From contig CAVAJF010000014.1 in the NCBI GenBank assembly GCA_963588905.1, positions 11,566 to 35,565 of the forward strand: a stretch of 24,000 nt of DNA, written 5' to 3'. Of this stretch, positions 16,029-23,394 are shown in pieces. Source of the stretch: Eggerthellaceae bacterium (GTDB lineage: Bacteria; Bacillota; Clostridia; Oscillospirales; Butyricicoccaceae). Both the position numbers and the translations under genes were made by a program. The notes beneath the pieces are model-generated. The model searched no databases. It was not told where the DNA came from and was given only the letters and a program-made list of their open reading frames with translations. Each line of letters begins with the position of its first letter. Position 1 is the first letter of the stretch.

Positions 16029-16057
16029 AGTATGTCACAATGTACATGCATTGTCAA
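16029..16057 (-). promoter_or_regulatory. Promoter of the HTH/206-aa cassette with embedded palindrome
   Basis: Minus strand reads TTGACA (16057-16052), 17-nt spacer, CATACT (16034-16029). The inverted repeat ACAATG-N6-CATTGT (16037-16054) fills the spacer and overlaps the -35 box. Confidence 0.55.
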
Positions 16058-16137
16058 TATTAAAAATGGCTGATAGGAAGTGCGTGCTCTCTCTTTTTGC
16101 CCTTCCGAGACCGTACAAGGGACAGTTTTTGAGGGCA

Positions 16138-16170
16138 ATAAGGGACAAATAAGGGACAAATAAGGGACAA
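16138..16170. repeat. 3 perfect tandem 11-bp repeats ATAAGGGACAA (plus 2 degenerate copies from 16116)
   Basis: Read directly from the sequence. Degenerate copies are CAAGGGACAG (16116-16125) and TGAGGGCAAT (16130-16139). Confidence 0.85.
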
Positions 16171-16202
16171 CGTTGATAGTTTCTAAAATATAGTTTCTCT
16201 AA

Positions 16203-16255
16203 AAATACAAAAAACCGCCCATTTCTTACGAAACAGACGGTTTATCATGGAGCTA
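16203..16255. repeat. attR-like 53-bp direct repeat (overlaps the tRNA-Thr 3' end)
   Basis: Identical to 11652-11704. Confidence 0.9.
16206..16243 (-). terminator. tRNA-Thr terminator (duplicated at about 11655-11692)
   Basis: Minus strand: AAACCGTCTGTTTC-GTAA-GAAATGGGCGGTTT, a 14-bp stem with 3 G-U pairs and a GNRA loop, followed by a T-run. Confidence 0.7.
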
Positions 16256-16322
16256 ATGGTCGGATTTGAACCGACGACCTGCTCATTACGAGTGAGCTGC
16301 TCTACCCCTGAGCCACATTAGC
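16248..16322 (-). tRNA. tRNA-Thr (anticodon CGU)
   Basis: Hand-folded cloverleaf: GCTAATG/CATTAGC acceptor, GCTC/GAGC D stem, GCTCA-CTCGTAA-TGAGC anticodon arm, GTCGG-TTCAAAT-CCGAC T arm, encoded CCA. 75 nt. Confidence 0.93.
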
Positions 16323-16406
16323 ATCTGTATTGTATTTTATCACAGCATATATCGGCGCGTCAAGACAAAATCTCAAAATATTTTTTGTTTTTTTTCGCAT
16401 CACCTC

Positions 16407-16434
16407 TTGACAAACGCCTAAAAAGCGTTATACT
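16407..16434 (+). promoter_or_regulatory. rpsF-ssb-rpsR promoter
   Basis: TTGACA (16407-16412), 16-nt spacer, TATACT (16429-16434). Confidence 0.55.
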
Positions 16435-16494
16435 GGTAAAGTATCCTTGCTCACACACAAGGTGTGGGCCAAAGGCCAGAAGGAGGTGCTTAAA

Positions 16495-16788
16495 TTGGCA
16501 AAGGTAAATGGTAAGTACGAAACAATTTTCATTGTCAACCCGAATCTTGGTGAGGAAGCAATCACCGCTATCGTGGAAAAGTTCAAGTCTCTGATCGCTG
16601 ACAACGGTACTGTAGTATCTGTTGACGACTGGGGCAAGCGTAGAATGGCATATGAGATCAACGACCTGCGTGAAGGCTACTACACCCTGATCGAGTTCGA
16701 GTCTCTGCCGTCTTTCCCGGCTGAGCTGGATCGTGTTTACAAGATCACCGATGGCGTTATGCGTTCCATCATCGTTTGCAAAGACTAA
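16495..16788 (+). CDS. rpsF: 30S ribosomal protein S6
   Basis: KYETIFIVNPNL...GKRRMAYEI...GYY is typical of S6. The TTG at 16495 lies 6 nt after GGAGGTG; the ORF-track start at 16447 is too long. Confidence 0.92.
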   Translation: MAKVNGKYETIFIVNPNLGEEAITAIVEKFKSLIADNGTVVSVDDWGKRRMAYEINDLREGYYTLIEFESLPSFPAELDRVYKITDGVMRSIIVCKD

Positions 16789-16804
16789 GGATTGGTGACA
16801 GAAT

Positions 16805-17308
16805 ATGCTGAATAAAGCAATTCTTATGGGTCGCCTTACCCGCGATCCAGAGCTTCGCTACACACAGAGCAATATTCCGGTCGTTACGTTCTCTATCGCT
16901 GTTGACCGCAATTACAGCGGCAATAATGGAGATCGTCAGACGGATTTCATTGACATCGTTGCTTGGAGACGTACCGCAGAATTTGTTTCGCAGTGGTTCA
17001 CCAAGGGCCAGATGATCGTGGTAGTGGGCAGCATCCAGTCCAGACGCTGGCAAGACAAGAACGGCAACAATCGCACATCTATTGAAGTTGTCGCAGACGA
17101 GGTACAGTTTGGCGAGTCCAAGCGTTCTCGTGAGAGCGGCGGAAGCTATCCGAACAACAATGGTGGCTACCCGCAGAATGGCGGATATCAGAATCCGAAT
17201 CCGTATGCTGCTCCGCAGCAGTCCGCTCCTGCACCAAGCTTTGATATGCCGGCAGGCAATTCGGATTTTGCTGAAATTTCCGATGATGACGGCGAAGTTC
17301 CGTTTTGA
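16805..17308 (+). CDS. ssb: Single-stranded DNA-binding protein
   Basis: MLNKAILMGRLTRDPELRYT OB fold, Gly/Pro/Gln-rich linker, and C-terminal acidic tip DDDGEVPF. Confidence 0.95.
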   Translation: MLNKAILMGRLTRDPELRYTQSNIPVVTFSIAVDRNYSGNNGDRQTDFIDIVAWRRTAEFVSQWFTKGQMIVVVGSIQSRRWQDKNGNNRTSIEVVADEVQFGESKRSRESGGSYPNNNGGYPQNGGYQNPNPYAAPQQSAPAPSFDMPAGNSDFAEISDDDGEVPF

Positions 17309-17332
17309 TTATCGAACAAGGAGGTTATGACA

Positions 17333-17584
17333 ATGGCTGAAGAAAAAAGAGAATATCGCCCCAATCGCGGCGGCCGTCGCCGCAGAAAGGTTTGTTCTTT
17401 CTGTGTAGATAAGGTTGAGGCTATTGATTATAAGGACGTAGCAAAGCTGAAGAGATACATGTCCGAGCGTGGCAAGATCCTGCCGCGTCGTATGACTGGT
17501 ACCTGTGCCCTGCATCAGCGTCAGCTGACCGAGGCTATCAAGCGTGCTCGTCACATCGCTCTGCTGCCGTATACTGCAGAGTAA
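17333..17584 (+). CDS. rpsR: 30S ribosomal protein S18
   Basis: RRRKVCSFC...[41 protein letters not shown]. The ATG at 17333 has better AAGGAGG spacing than the ATG at 17327. Confidence 0.93.
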   Translation: MAEEKREYRPNRGGRRRRKVCSFCVDKVEAIDYKDVAKLKRYMSERGKILPRRMTGTCALHQRQLTEAIKRARHIALLPYTAE

Positions 17585-17618
17585 TTTCAATCCCCGATTA
17601 TAACAGGATACCATCAAA

Positions 17619-17646
17619 GAACACATCACACGATGTGTTCTTTTTT
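17619..17646 (+). terminator. rpsR terminator
   Basis: GAACACATC-acac-GATGTGTTC followed by TTTTTT. Confidence 0.8.
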
Positions 17647-17651
17647 GTTGT

Positions 17652-17685
17652 AAAAAAGCAGCTCTTCCGTTTGGAAGAGCTGCTT
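17652..17685 (-). terminator. Terminator of the SH3b/SLH gene
   Basis: AAGCAGCTCTTCC-gttt-GGAAGAGCTGCTT, with a T-run on the minus strand. Confidence 0.8.
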
Positions 17686-17700
17686 CTCTATTTCGATGGA

Positions 17701-19248
17701 TTATCGATTGTTATACAGGAATGTCACAATCTGTGCACGAGTGCAGGATTTTTTCGGGCTAAACGTCGTCTTAGACGTACCGCCGGTAACGCCCTTTGCC
17801 ACTGCCCACTGAACAGCCTTGTAATACCAATCCGAGGACTTGACATCGGTAAACGGATTCTTTGTCGAAACCGTCGGCTTTCCGGCACGATTCCACAGGA
17901 AGGTCACAATCTCTGCGCGATTACAGGTCTTATTCGGGCTAAATGTCGTCTTAGACGTACCACCGGTAATTCCCTTCGATACCGCCCACTGAACAGCCTG
18001 ATAATACCAATCCGAAGACTTGACATCCTTAAATGCATTCTTTCTGGAGACGGTCGGTCTGCCAGCCTGATTCCACAAGAAGACAACCGCCTGTGCACGG
18101 GTGCAGGTCTGATTCGGTGCAAACTTGGTGTCGCTGACGCCAGCCGTAATATTGTTGGATACCGCCCACATAACCGGCTCATAGAACCAATCACTCTGCG
18201 AAACATCCGTAAACTTCACAGTCGGGGCATTCGGCTTCTCTGTCGTGGTATATGCCTTGCTGATATAGCCATCCTGACCGTTGTACTTGATTAAGTACCA
18301 GCCATTGGTTTCACCAAGAGTTTCCACAGCAGTTCCCTGCTTGAGCACACCCAAAATAGTCGAGGTGTTGTTCGGCTGTGCACGAACGCGCAGATCCTCC
18401 TTCGGATATACGGTCAGCACCGGAGACGGAGACGGCTGCGGTGTATTGGTATCCGAGGTATACTTCGCACTGATATAACCGGTCTGACCGCTGAACTTGA
18501 TTTCATACCAGCCATCTTTCAGACCGTAGGTTTCTACCTTCGAGCCCTTTGCCAGCGTACCCAACACTTTCGCATTCGTGTTCGGCTGTGCGCGAACCTT
18601 CAAATTTTCCGTCGTATACACGGTCTTAGTCTGTGGTGTCGGGGTCGGCGTCGACTGAGACGGATCCGTAGTCGTGGTGTACTGCGCGCTGATATAGCCG
18701 GTTTGACCGTTGAACTTGATTTCATACCAGCCATCCTTCAGGCTATATGTCTCTACCTTCGCTCCCTTTGTCAACGAACCCAGAACCTTCGCACTGGTGT
18801 TCGGCTGTGCACGAACCTTCAGATTTGCCGTTGTATACACCGTCGTTGTCTGCGATGGTGTCGGGGTCGGCGTCGGCTGGGACGGATTGGTATCCGTCGT
18901 GTACTTCGCGCTGATATAGGCAGTTTGACCGCCAAAGGTAATGGTATACCAGCCATATTTTTCCGCTGTCACCGTAACAGCTGTATTCTTTTTCAGTGTA
19001 CCAAGCACCTTAGACGAAGCGTCCGGCTGCTCGTGTACATTCAAATCTGTGGTAACGTATACCGTCTTAGAAGCCGCTACATTCTGGCTCTGAGATCCAG
19101 CATTGTCCACAGCAGCAACAGCTGCCGGAACAGTTGTATCCGTATTCTGATTCGGTTCTACAGCAAATGCGCCGCTCGAACACAGAAGACAGGCAGAGGC
19201 ACCTACCGCGATAACTCGTTTTTTCATGTTCTTATCCATATTTGTCAC
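17701..19248 (-). CDS. Secreted cell-wall-associated protein: signal peptide + 4 SH3b repeats + 3 SLH repeats
   Basis: Signal peptide (VIAVGASACLLCSSGAFA). Four copies of ...V.A.PN...KVLG.L.KG..V......DGWY.I.F.GQTGYISA.YTT joined by Pro/Thr/Ser linkers. Three copies of F.DV..SDWYY.AVQWAV.KGIT.GTS.TTFSP...C.RA..VTFL. Confidence 0.85.
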   Translation of the reverse strand: MTNMDKNMKKRVIAVGASACLLCSSGAFAVEPNQNTDTTVPAAVAAVDNAGSQSQNVAASKTVYVTTDLNVHEQPDASSKVLGTLKKNTAVTVTAEKYGWYTITFGGQTAYISAKYTTDTNPSQPTPTPTPSQTTTVYTTANLKVRAQPNTSAKVLGSLTKGAKVETYSLKDGWYEIKFNGQTGYISAQYTTTTDPSQSTPTPTPQTKTVYTTENLKVRAQPNTNAKVLGTLAKGSKVETYGLKDGWYEIKFSGQTGYISAKYTSDTNTPQPSPSPVLTVYPKEDLRVRAQPNNTSTILGVLKQGTAVETLGETNGWYLIKYNGQDGYISKAYTTTEKPNAPTVKFTDVSQSDWFYEPVMWAVSNNITAGVSDTKFAPNQTCTRAQAVVFLWNQAGRPTVSRKNAFKDVKSSDWYYQAVQWAVSKGITGGTSKTTFSPNKTCNRAEIVTFLWNRAGKPTVSTKNPFTDVKSSDWYYKAVQWAVAKGVTGGTSKTTFSPKKSCTRAQIVTFLYNNR

Positions 19249-19415
19249 TCCTTCGAGATCTATTTGGATCTTTTCATTGCCTAGATAATAGCACTGTTGG
19301 GTGACAAATGCAAGGGATTGTTACATATTTTTATGTTTTCTTAAGAACTGTTATTGTTCTGTTATTTTCGTTATCATTCTGTCATTTTTACAAAAACTGA
19401 CAATCTAATCTTGAT

Positions 19416-19451
19416 ATAAAAAATGAGCCGTCTGCTGCGAACAGACGACTC
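19416..19451 (-). terminator. cysS terminator
   Basis: Minus strand: GAGTCGTCTG-ttcgcag-CAGACGGCTC (one mismatch) followed by ATTTTTTAT. Confidence 0.7.
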
Positions 19452-19481
19452 ACCATAAACGTATTGAACTGTCAATATTAT

Positions 19482-20897
19482 TTAGTCTTCTTTATAGCTC
19501 CACTGGGTGCCTTGACGCGTATCCTTGATGACAATGCCCTTCTCATTGAGCAGATAGTCGCGGATGCGGTCAGCTTCAGCAAAGTTTTTAGCCTTCTTGG
19601 CAGCGGTGCGCTGAGCAATCAGCTCTTCTACCTCGCTGTCGATGCTCTTCTTTTCCAGATGGTCGACAATGCCAAGGACGCCGCACAGCTCCATCATCAG
19701 ATCGAAGCAAGCCTGTACAAAGGCATGGGTGCAAGCCGGATTCTTGACCTCGGTATTGATTTCACGAACCAGCTCAAAAATAGCAGCCAGCGCATCGGCC
19801 GTGTTGAGGTCATCGTCCATGGCATCCATGAACTTCTGGCGGTACTGCTGCAGCTGTTCCACCTTTGCCTGCTCCTCTGCGGTCATCGTGTCACCGGTCT
19901 GATGGTCAAGCAGGAACTGCAGGTTCTCTGCCGCAGTGTACAGACGGGTCAGCGCATTCTTTGCCATAATCAGCGACTCTTCCGAGTAGTTGATTGGGCT
20001 GCGGTAATGACCGGACAGCATGAACATACGAATGGTCTCATAGCCGTATACCTTCGCAGCATCACGAACCATAAAGAAGTTGCCCTTGGACTTGGACATC
20101 TTCTCGTTGTCAATGGTCAGGAAGCCGTTGTGCAGCCAGTAATTGGCAAACGTGCAGCCGTTAGCGCACTCAGACTGTGCAATCTCATTTTCATGATGCG
20201 GGAAAATCAGGTCTTTGCCGCCGGAATGAATGTCAATCGTCTTGCCCAGATACTTGTTTACCATTGCCGAGCACTCAATGTGCCATCCCGGACGTCCCTT
20301 GCTGCCCCACGGGGTATCCCAGCTCGGCTCGCCCGGCTTTGCTGCCTTCCAGATCGCAAAATCCATCGGATCTTCCTTCTGTTCGCCGACACTGATGCGG
20401 GCACCTGCCTGCAGCTCGTCCAGCGGCTGATGCGACAGCTTGCCGTATTCTGGGAAGCTCTTGGTGCGGAAGTATACGTCGCCGTTCGCCGCAACATATG
20501 CATGACCGTTGTCAATCAAGGTCTTGACAATGTCAATAATGGCATCCATGGTCTCGGTTGCGCGCGGATGCACGGTAGCCGGATGAATGCCCAGGCCCTT
20601 GGCGTCGACAAAATACTCCTTGATATAGCGGTCAGCAATGACGTCATAGGTCACGCCTTCCTCATTTGCCTTCTTGATTACCTTGTCGTCAATATCCGTA
20701 AAGTTCTGTACAAACTTTACTTCATAGCCGCGGTACTCAAAATACCGGCGCAGGGTATCAAAAATGATGAACGGGCGCGCATTGCCGATGTGGAAATAGT
20801 TGTACACCGTCGGGCCGCAGGAATACATCTTGACCTTGCCCGGCTCCAGCGGGACAAACTCTTCCTTTTTGCGCGTCATCGAGTTATATAATTTCAT
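19482..20897 (-). CDS. cysS: Cysteine--tRNA ligase
   Basis: Class I signatures HIGNARP and KMSKS, plus CysRS-typical WGSKGRPGWHIEC. 471 aa. Confidence 0.96.
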   Translation of the reverse strand: MKLYNSMTRKKEEFVPLEPGKVKMYSCGPTVYNYFHIGNARPFIIFDTLRRYFEYRGYEVKFVQNFTDIDDKVIKKANEEGVTYDVIADRYIKEYFVDAKGLGIHPATVHPRATETMDAIIDIVKTLIDNGHAYVAANGDVYFRTKSFPEYGKLSHQPLDELQAGARISVGEQKEDPMDFAIWKAAKPGEPSWDTPWGSKGRPGWHIECSAMVNKYLGKTIDIHSGGKDLIFPHHENEIAQSECANGCTFANYWLHNGFLTIDNEKMSKSKGNFFMVRDAAKVYGYETIRMFMLSGHYRSPINYSEESLIMAKNALTRLYTAAENLQFLLDHQTGDTMTAEEQAKVEQLQQYRQKFMDAMDDDLNTADALAAIFELVREINTEVKNPACTHAFVQACFDLMMELCGVLGIVDHLEKKSIDSEVEELIAQRTAAKKAKNFAEADRIRDYLLNEKGIVIKDTRQGTQWSYKED

Positions 20898-20914
20898 AAT
20901 AGCATCCTTCCCCT

Positions 20915-21481
20915 TTAATTTTTTGGTTTGGTTGCACCCTCCGCAACCAGATTCCAGTTGCGGTGCAGGTAATCATAGCCGGAATACAGTGTAATTGCCA
21001 TCATAATCCAGCCGCACAGCTGAATGAGAAAGGCATCGTGCAGGCTTTGTGCACCCGTGATGATAGTGCACAGGAAAATGAGAATTACGCCTGCAATCTG
21101 CACACAGGTCTTAACCTTGCCCGACCAAGCGGCTGCCATCGCAGTGCCCTTCATCGCAGCAATGGTGCGCAGAGACGTGATGATGAATTCGCGGGCGAGA
21201 ATGATAAATACCATCCAGCCGAACATCAGGCCACGGTCAATAAAAATGACCATCGCCGCACAAATGAGCAGCTTGTCCGCGAGCGGGTCGACGAATTTGC
21301 CGAAATCCGTCACCTGATGATATTTGCGCGCCACATAGCCATCGAGAAAATCTGTAAAGCTGCACACGCAAAACAACACCAGCGCGATGACATCACAAGT
21401 CGTTCCGCCAATCGTCGCAAAAATGACGAAGAACGGAATCAGCGCGATACGCGCCAAAGTAATCTTATTCGCAAGTGTCAT
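20915..21481 (-). CDS. pgsA: CDP-diacylglycerol--glycerol-3-phosphate 3-phosphatidyltransferase
   Basis: CDP-alcohol phosphatidyltransferase motif DFLDGYVARKYHQVTDFGKFVDPLADK. Start placed at MTLANKITLARI (21481); an alternative ATG at 21493 has no spacer after the RBS. Confidence 0.88.
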   Translation of the reverse strand: MTLANKITLARIALIPFFVIFATIGGTTCDVIALVLFCVCSFTDFLDGYVARKYHQVTDFGKFVDPLADKLLICAAMVIFIDRGLMFGWMVFIILAREFIITSLRTIAAMKGTAMAAAWSGKVKTCVQIAGVILIFLCTIITGAQSLHDAFLIQLCGWIMMAITLYSGYDYLHRNWNLVAEGATKPKN

Positions 21482-21561
21482 AACTTGTCCCATCCTTATT
21501 TCAATTTGCAGAAACTATCCGCAAAAATTATTATACGGTCTCTATCCGAACGTGTCAACCG

Positions 21562-22899
21562 TTATTCTGCGGTCTCCGTGCTGCCAGTGAGATCTGCTCC
21601 CTGCGCACCCGTGATACGCACCGGTACAAACTCGCCTTCTTCGACAGAGAACGCGCTGTCAAACAGTACGCGGCCGTCAATATCCTGCGAATCGGCATAG
21701 CTTCTGCCATAGTACAGACCGGTCTCTCCGTCCCAGCCCTCGCACAGAACGTCGAGCAGTTGTCCCTGCATCCGTGCCGCAAATTGGTCGAGCACATCCG
21801 ACTGCAATTCTTCAATAATCATCCGGCGCTCGTTTTTCAGCTCTTCATCAATCTGATCCGGCATCTCAGCAGCTTCGCTGCCCTCCTCCGGCGAATAGCA
21901 GAACACACCGGCGCGTTCAATCTGCATCTCGCGCAGGAATTCGCACAGCTCTTCAAACTCCGCATCGGTCTCGCCCGGGAGACCGACAATCAAGCTGGTG
22001 CGCAGCACAAGTCCCGGAATTTCGCGGCGCAGCTTGTGGAACAGCTCACGCAGGAACTGGGCATCGCCGCGGCGGTGCATGGCGCGCAGAATGCGGTTGT
22101 TTACGTGCTGAATCGGAATGTCCAGATACTTGACGATTTTTGGCTCCTGTGCAATGGTCTGAATCATATCGTCTGTGATTTCATCCGGATACAGATAATG
22201 CAGGCGCACCCAAGTAAAGTCCATCTTACATAGCTCGTGCAGCAGCTCAGACAGCTTGTGCTCATGATACAAGTCCATGCCGTAGCGCGTGATGTCCTGT
22301 GCCACAATGATAATTTCGCGCACGCCCGCATCCGCCAGCGCCTGTGCTTCCTTCAGAACATCCTCCATCGGACGAGAGCGGAACTTGCCGCGCAGCGACG
22401 GAATAACACAGTAGGCACAGTGATTGTCACAGCCCTCTGCGATCTTAAGATATGCCGAGTAACCCGGCGTCAGCAAAATGCGGCCGCCCTCCATTTCTGC
22501 CTCGTTGATCTGACCAAAATTCTGATATACCGTGCCCGGTGCCTGCATAACAGCGCGCACGGCATCGACAATATTGGTATAGCTGCCCGTGCCCAGCACA
22601 GCATCAATTTCCGGCAGTTCCTCGACAATTTCCTTCGGGTAGCGCTGTACCAGACATCCCGTCACGATGAGCGCCTGCAGCGAACCGGTCTTCTTCAGCT
22701 CCGCTGTCTCCAAAATCGTATTGATGGCTTCCTGCTTGGCAGACTCAATAAAGCCGCAGGTATTGACGACAGCGACATCTGCATCTGCCACATCTTCTAC
22801 AATGGTCACACCGGCATCCGCCAGCTGTGCCAGCATGTGCTCGCCGTCTACGAGATTCTTTGCGCAGCCCAGCGAGATCATACCCAATTTAATCGACAT
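21562..22899 (-). CDS. rimO: Ribosomal protein S12 methylthiotransferase RimO (radical SAM, TRAM domain)
   Basis: N-terminal SLGCAKNLVDGE, radical-SAM CDNHCAYC, a C-terminal TRAM-like end, and a 445-aa length typical of RimO. Confidence 0.85.
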   Translation of the reverse strand: MSIKLGMISLGCAKNLVDGEHMLAQLADAGVTIVEDVADADVAVVNTCGFIESAKQEAINTILETAELKKTGSLQALIVTGCLVQRYPKEIVEELPEIDAVLGTGSYTNIVDAVRAVMQAPGTVYQNFGQINEAEMEGGRILLTPGYSAYLKIAEGCDNHCAYCVIPSLRGKFRSRPMEDVLKEAQALADAGVREIIIVAQDITRYGMDLYHEHKLSELLHELCKMDFTWVRLHYLYPDEITDDMIQTIAQEPKIVKYLDIPIQHVNNRILRAMHRRGDAQFLRELFHKLRREIPGLVLRTSLIVGLPGETDAEFEELCEFLREMQIERAGVFCYSPEEGSEAAEMPDQIDEELKNERRMIIEELQSDVLDQFAARMQGQLLDVLCEGWDGETGLYYGRSYADSQDIDGRVLFDSAFSVEEGEFVPVRITGAQGADLTGSTETAE

Positions 22900-23392
22900 A
22901 AAATCCTTCTTCCTCCTGATTTCGTTCTAATGCAGCGCGATAATTCTCCATAGCGATTTTGATTTCAGAAAAAGAAAATCCGCGGCGCTGCAATGCCGCC
23001 ATCGCCTTTTCGCGTTCTTTTCGATCCGAGACATCACCGCGCAGCTTTTTTTCGAGTAATGCGTGCATCTTGTCCCAATTCGGCTCCATCTGTTTCAGCA
23101 GTTCCGCTGCAATTTCCTTTGGCACACCGCGCTGATACAGCTCCTGCCGAATGCGCAAGGCTCCATATCCCTTGTTTCGATACGAACGAATAATGGTCTC
23201 TGCATACGCTTCGTCATCAATCGCATGCAGCAGGCGCATCCGCTCTACCGCATAATCTACCGCTTCCGGTGCAAATTCTTTATCCAGCAGCTTTTTTTCC
23301 AGCATCGCCGCAGACAGTGGGCGGCGGCTGAGCATCCCAGCCGCCGCGACCTCTGCCTCTCGATACTGTTGTTCGTCACACATCTCCGGCAT
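22889..23392 (-). CDS. recX: Recombination regulator RecX
   Basis: Starts 2 nt after the recA stop. Repeated helical RecX-type segments (GYGALRIRQELYQRGV, ALQRRGFSFSEI). Confidence 0.8.
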   Translation of the reverse strand: MPEMCDEQQYREAEVAAAGMLSRRPLSAAMLEKKLLDKEFAPEAVDYAVERMRLLHAIDDEAYAETIIRSYRNKGYGALRIRQELYQRGVPKEIAAELLKQMEPNWDKMHALLEKKLRGDVSDRKEREKAMAALQRRGFSFSEIKIAMENYRAALERNQEEEGFYVD

Positions 23393-23394
23393 AT

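Larger units (their letters stand above)
11652..16255. mobile_element. Decayed integrative islet inserted at the 3' end of tRNA-Thr(CGU)
   Basis: Bounded by perfect 53-bp direct repeats (the last 8 nt of the tRNA plus its terminator). The interior has visibly lower GC and contains an integrase remnant, a TA pair and orphan genes. Confidence 0.8.

Noticed and set aside
16116-16170. Possible CRISPR array or minisatellite
   Set aside because: The repeats are only 11 bp long, directly abutting with no spacers, and no cas genes are present. A protein-binding-site array explains them better.
16435-16494. Possible S6:S18-binding leader upstream of rpsF
   Set aside because: Hairpins CCTTG...CAAGG and GGCC-aaa-GGCC are present, but I cannot verify the conserved motif without a model scan.
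19464-20891. 475-aa plus-strand ORF (similar long antisense ORFs lie at 21760-22953, 20963-21700, 17635-18294, 18703-19284, 2297-2749 and 3745-4347)
   Set aside because: These are mirror ORFs antisense to confidently identified genes (cysS, rimO, pgsA, the SH3b/SLH gene, rplL, rplA). Their composition is low-complexity and Arg/Leu-rich, and they have no RBS.
20898-20914. Absence of a T-box leader upstream of cysS
   Set aside because: cysS starts 17 nt after pgsA and appears co-transcribed with recX-rimO-pgsA. There is no room for a leader, and the arrangement is not anomalous in itself.
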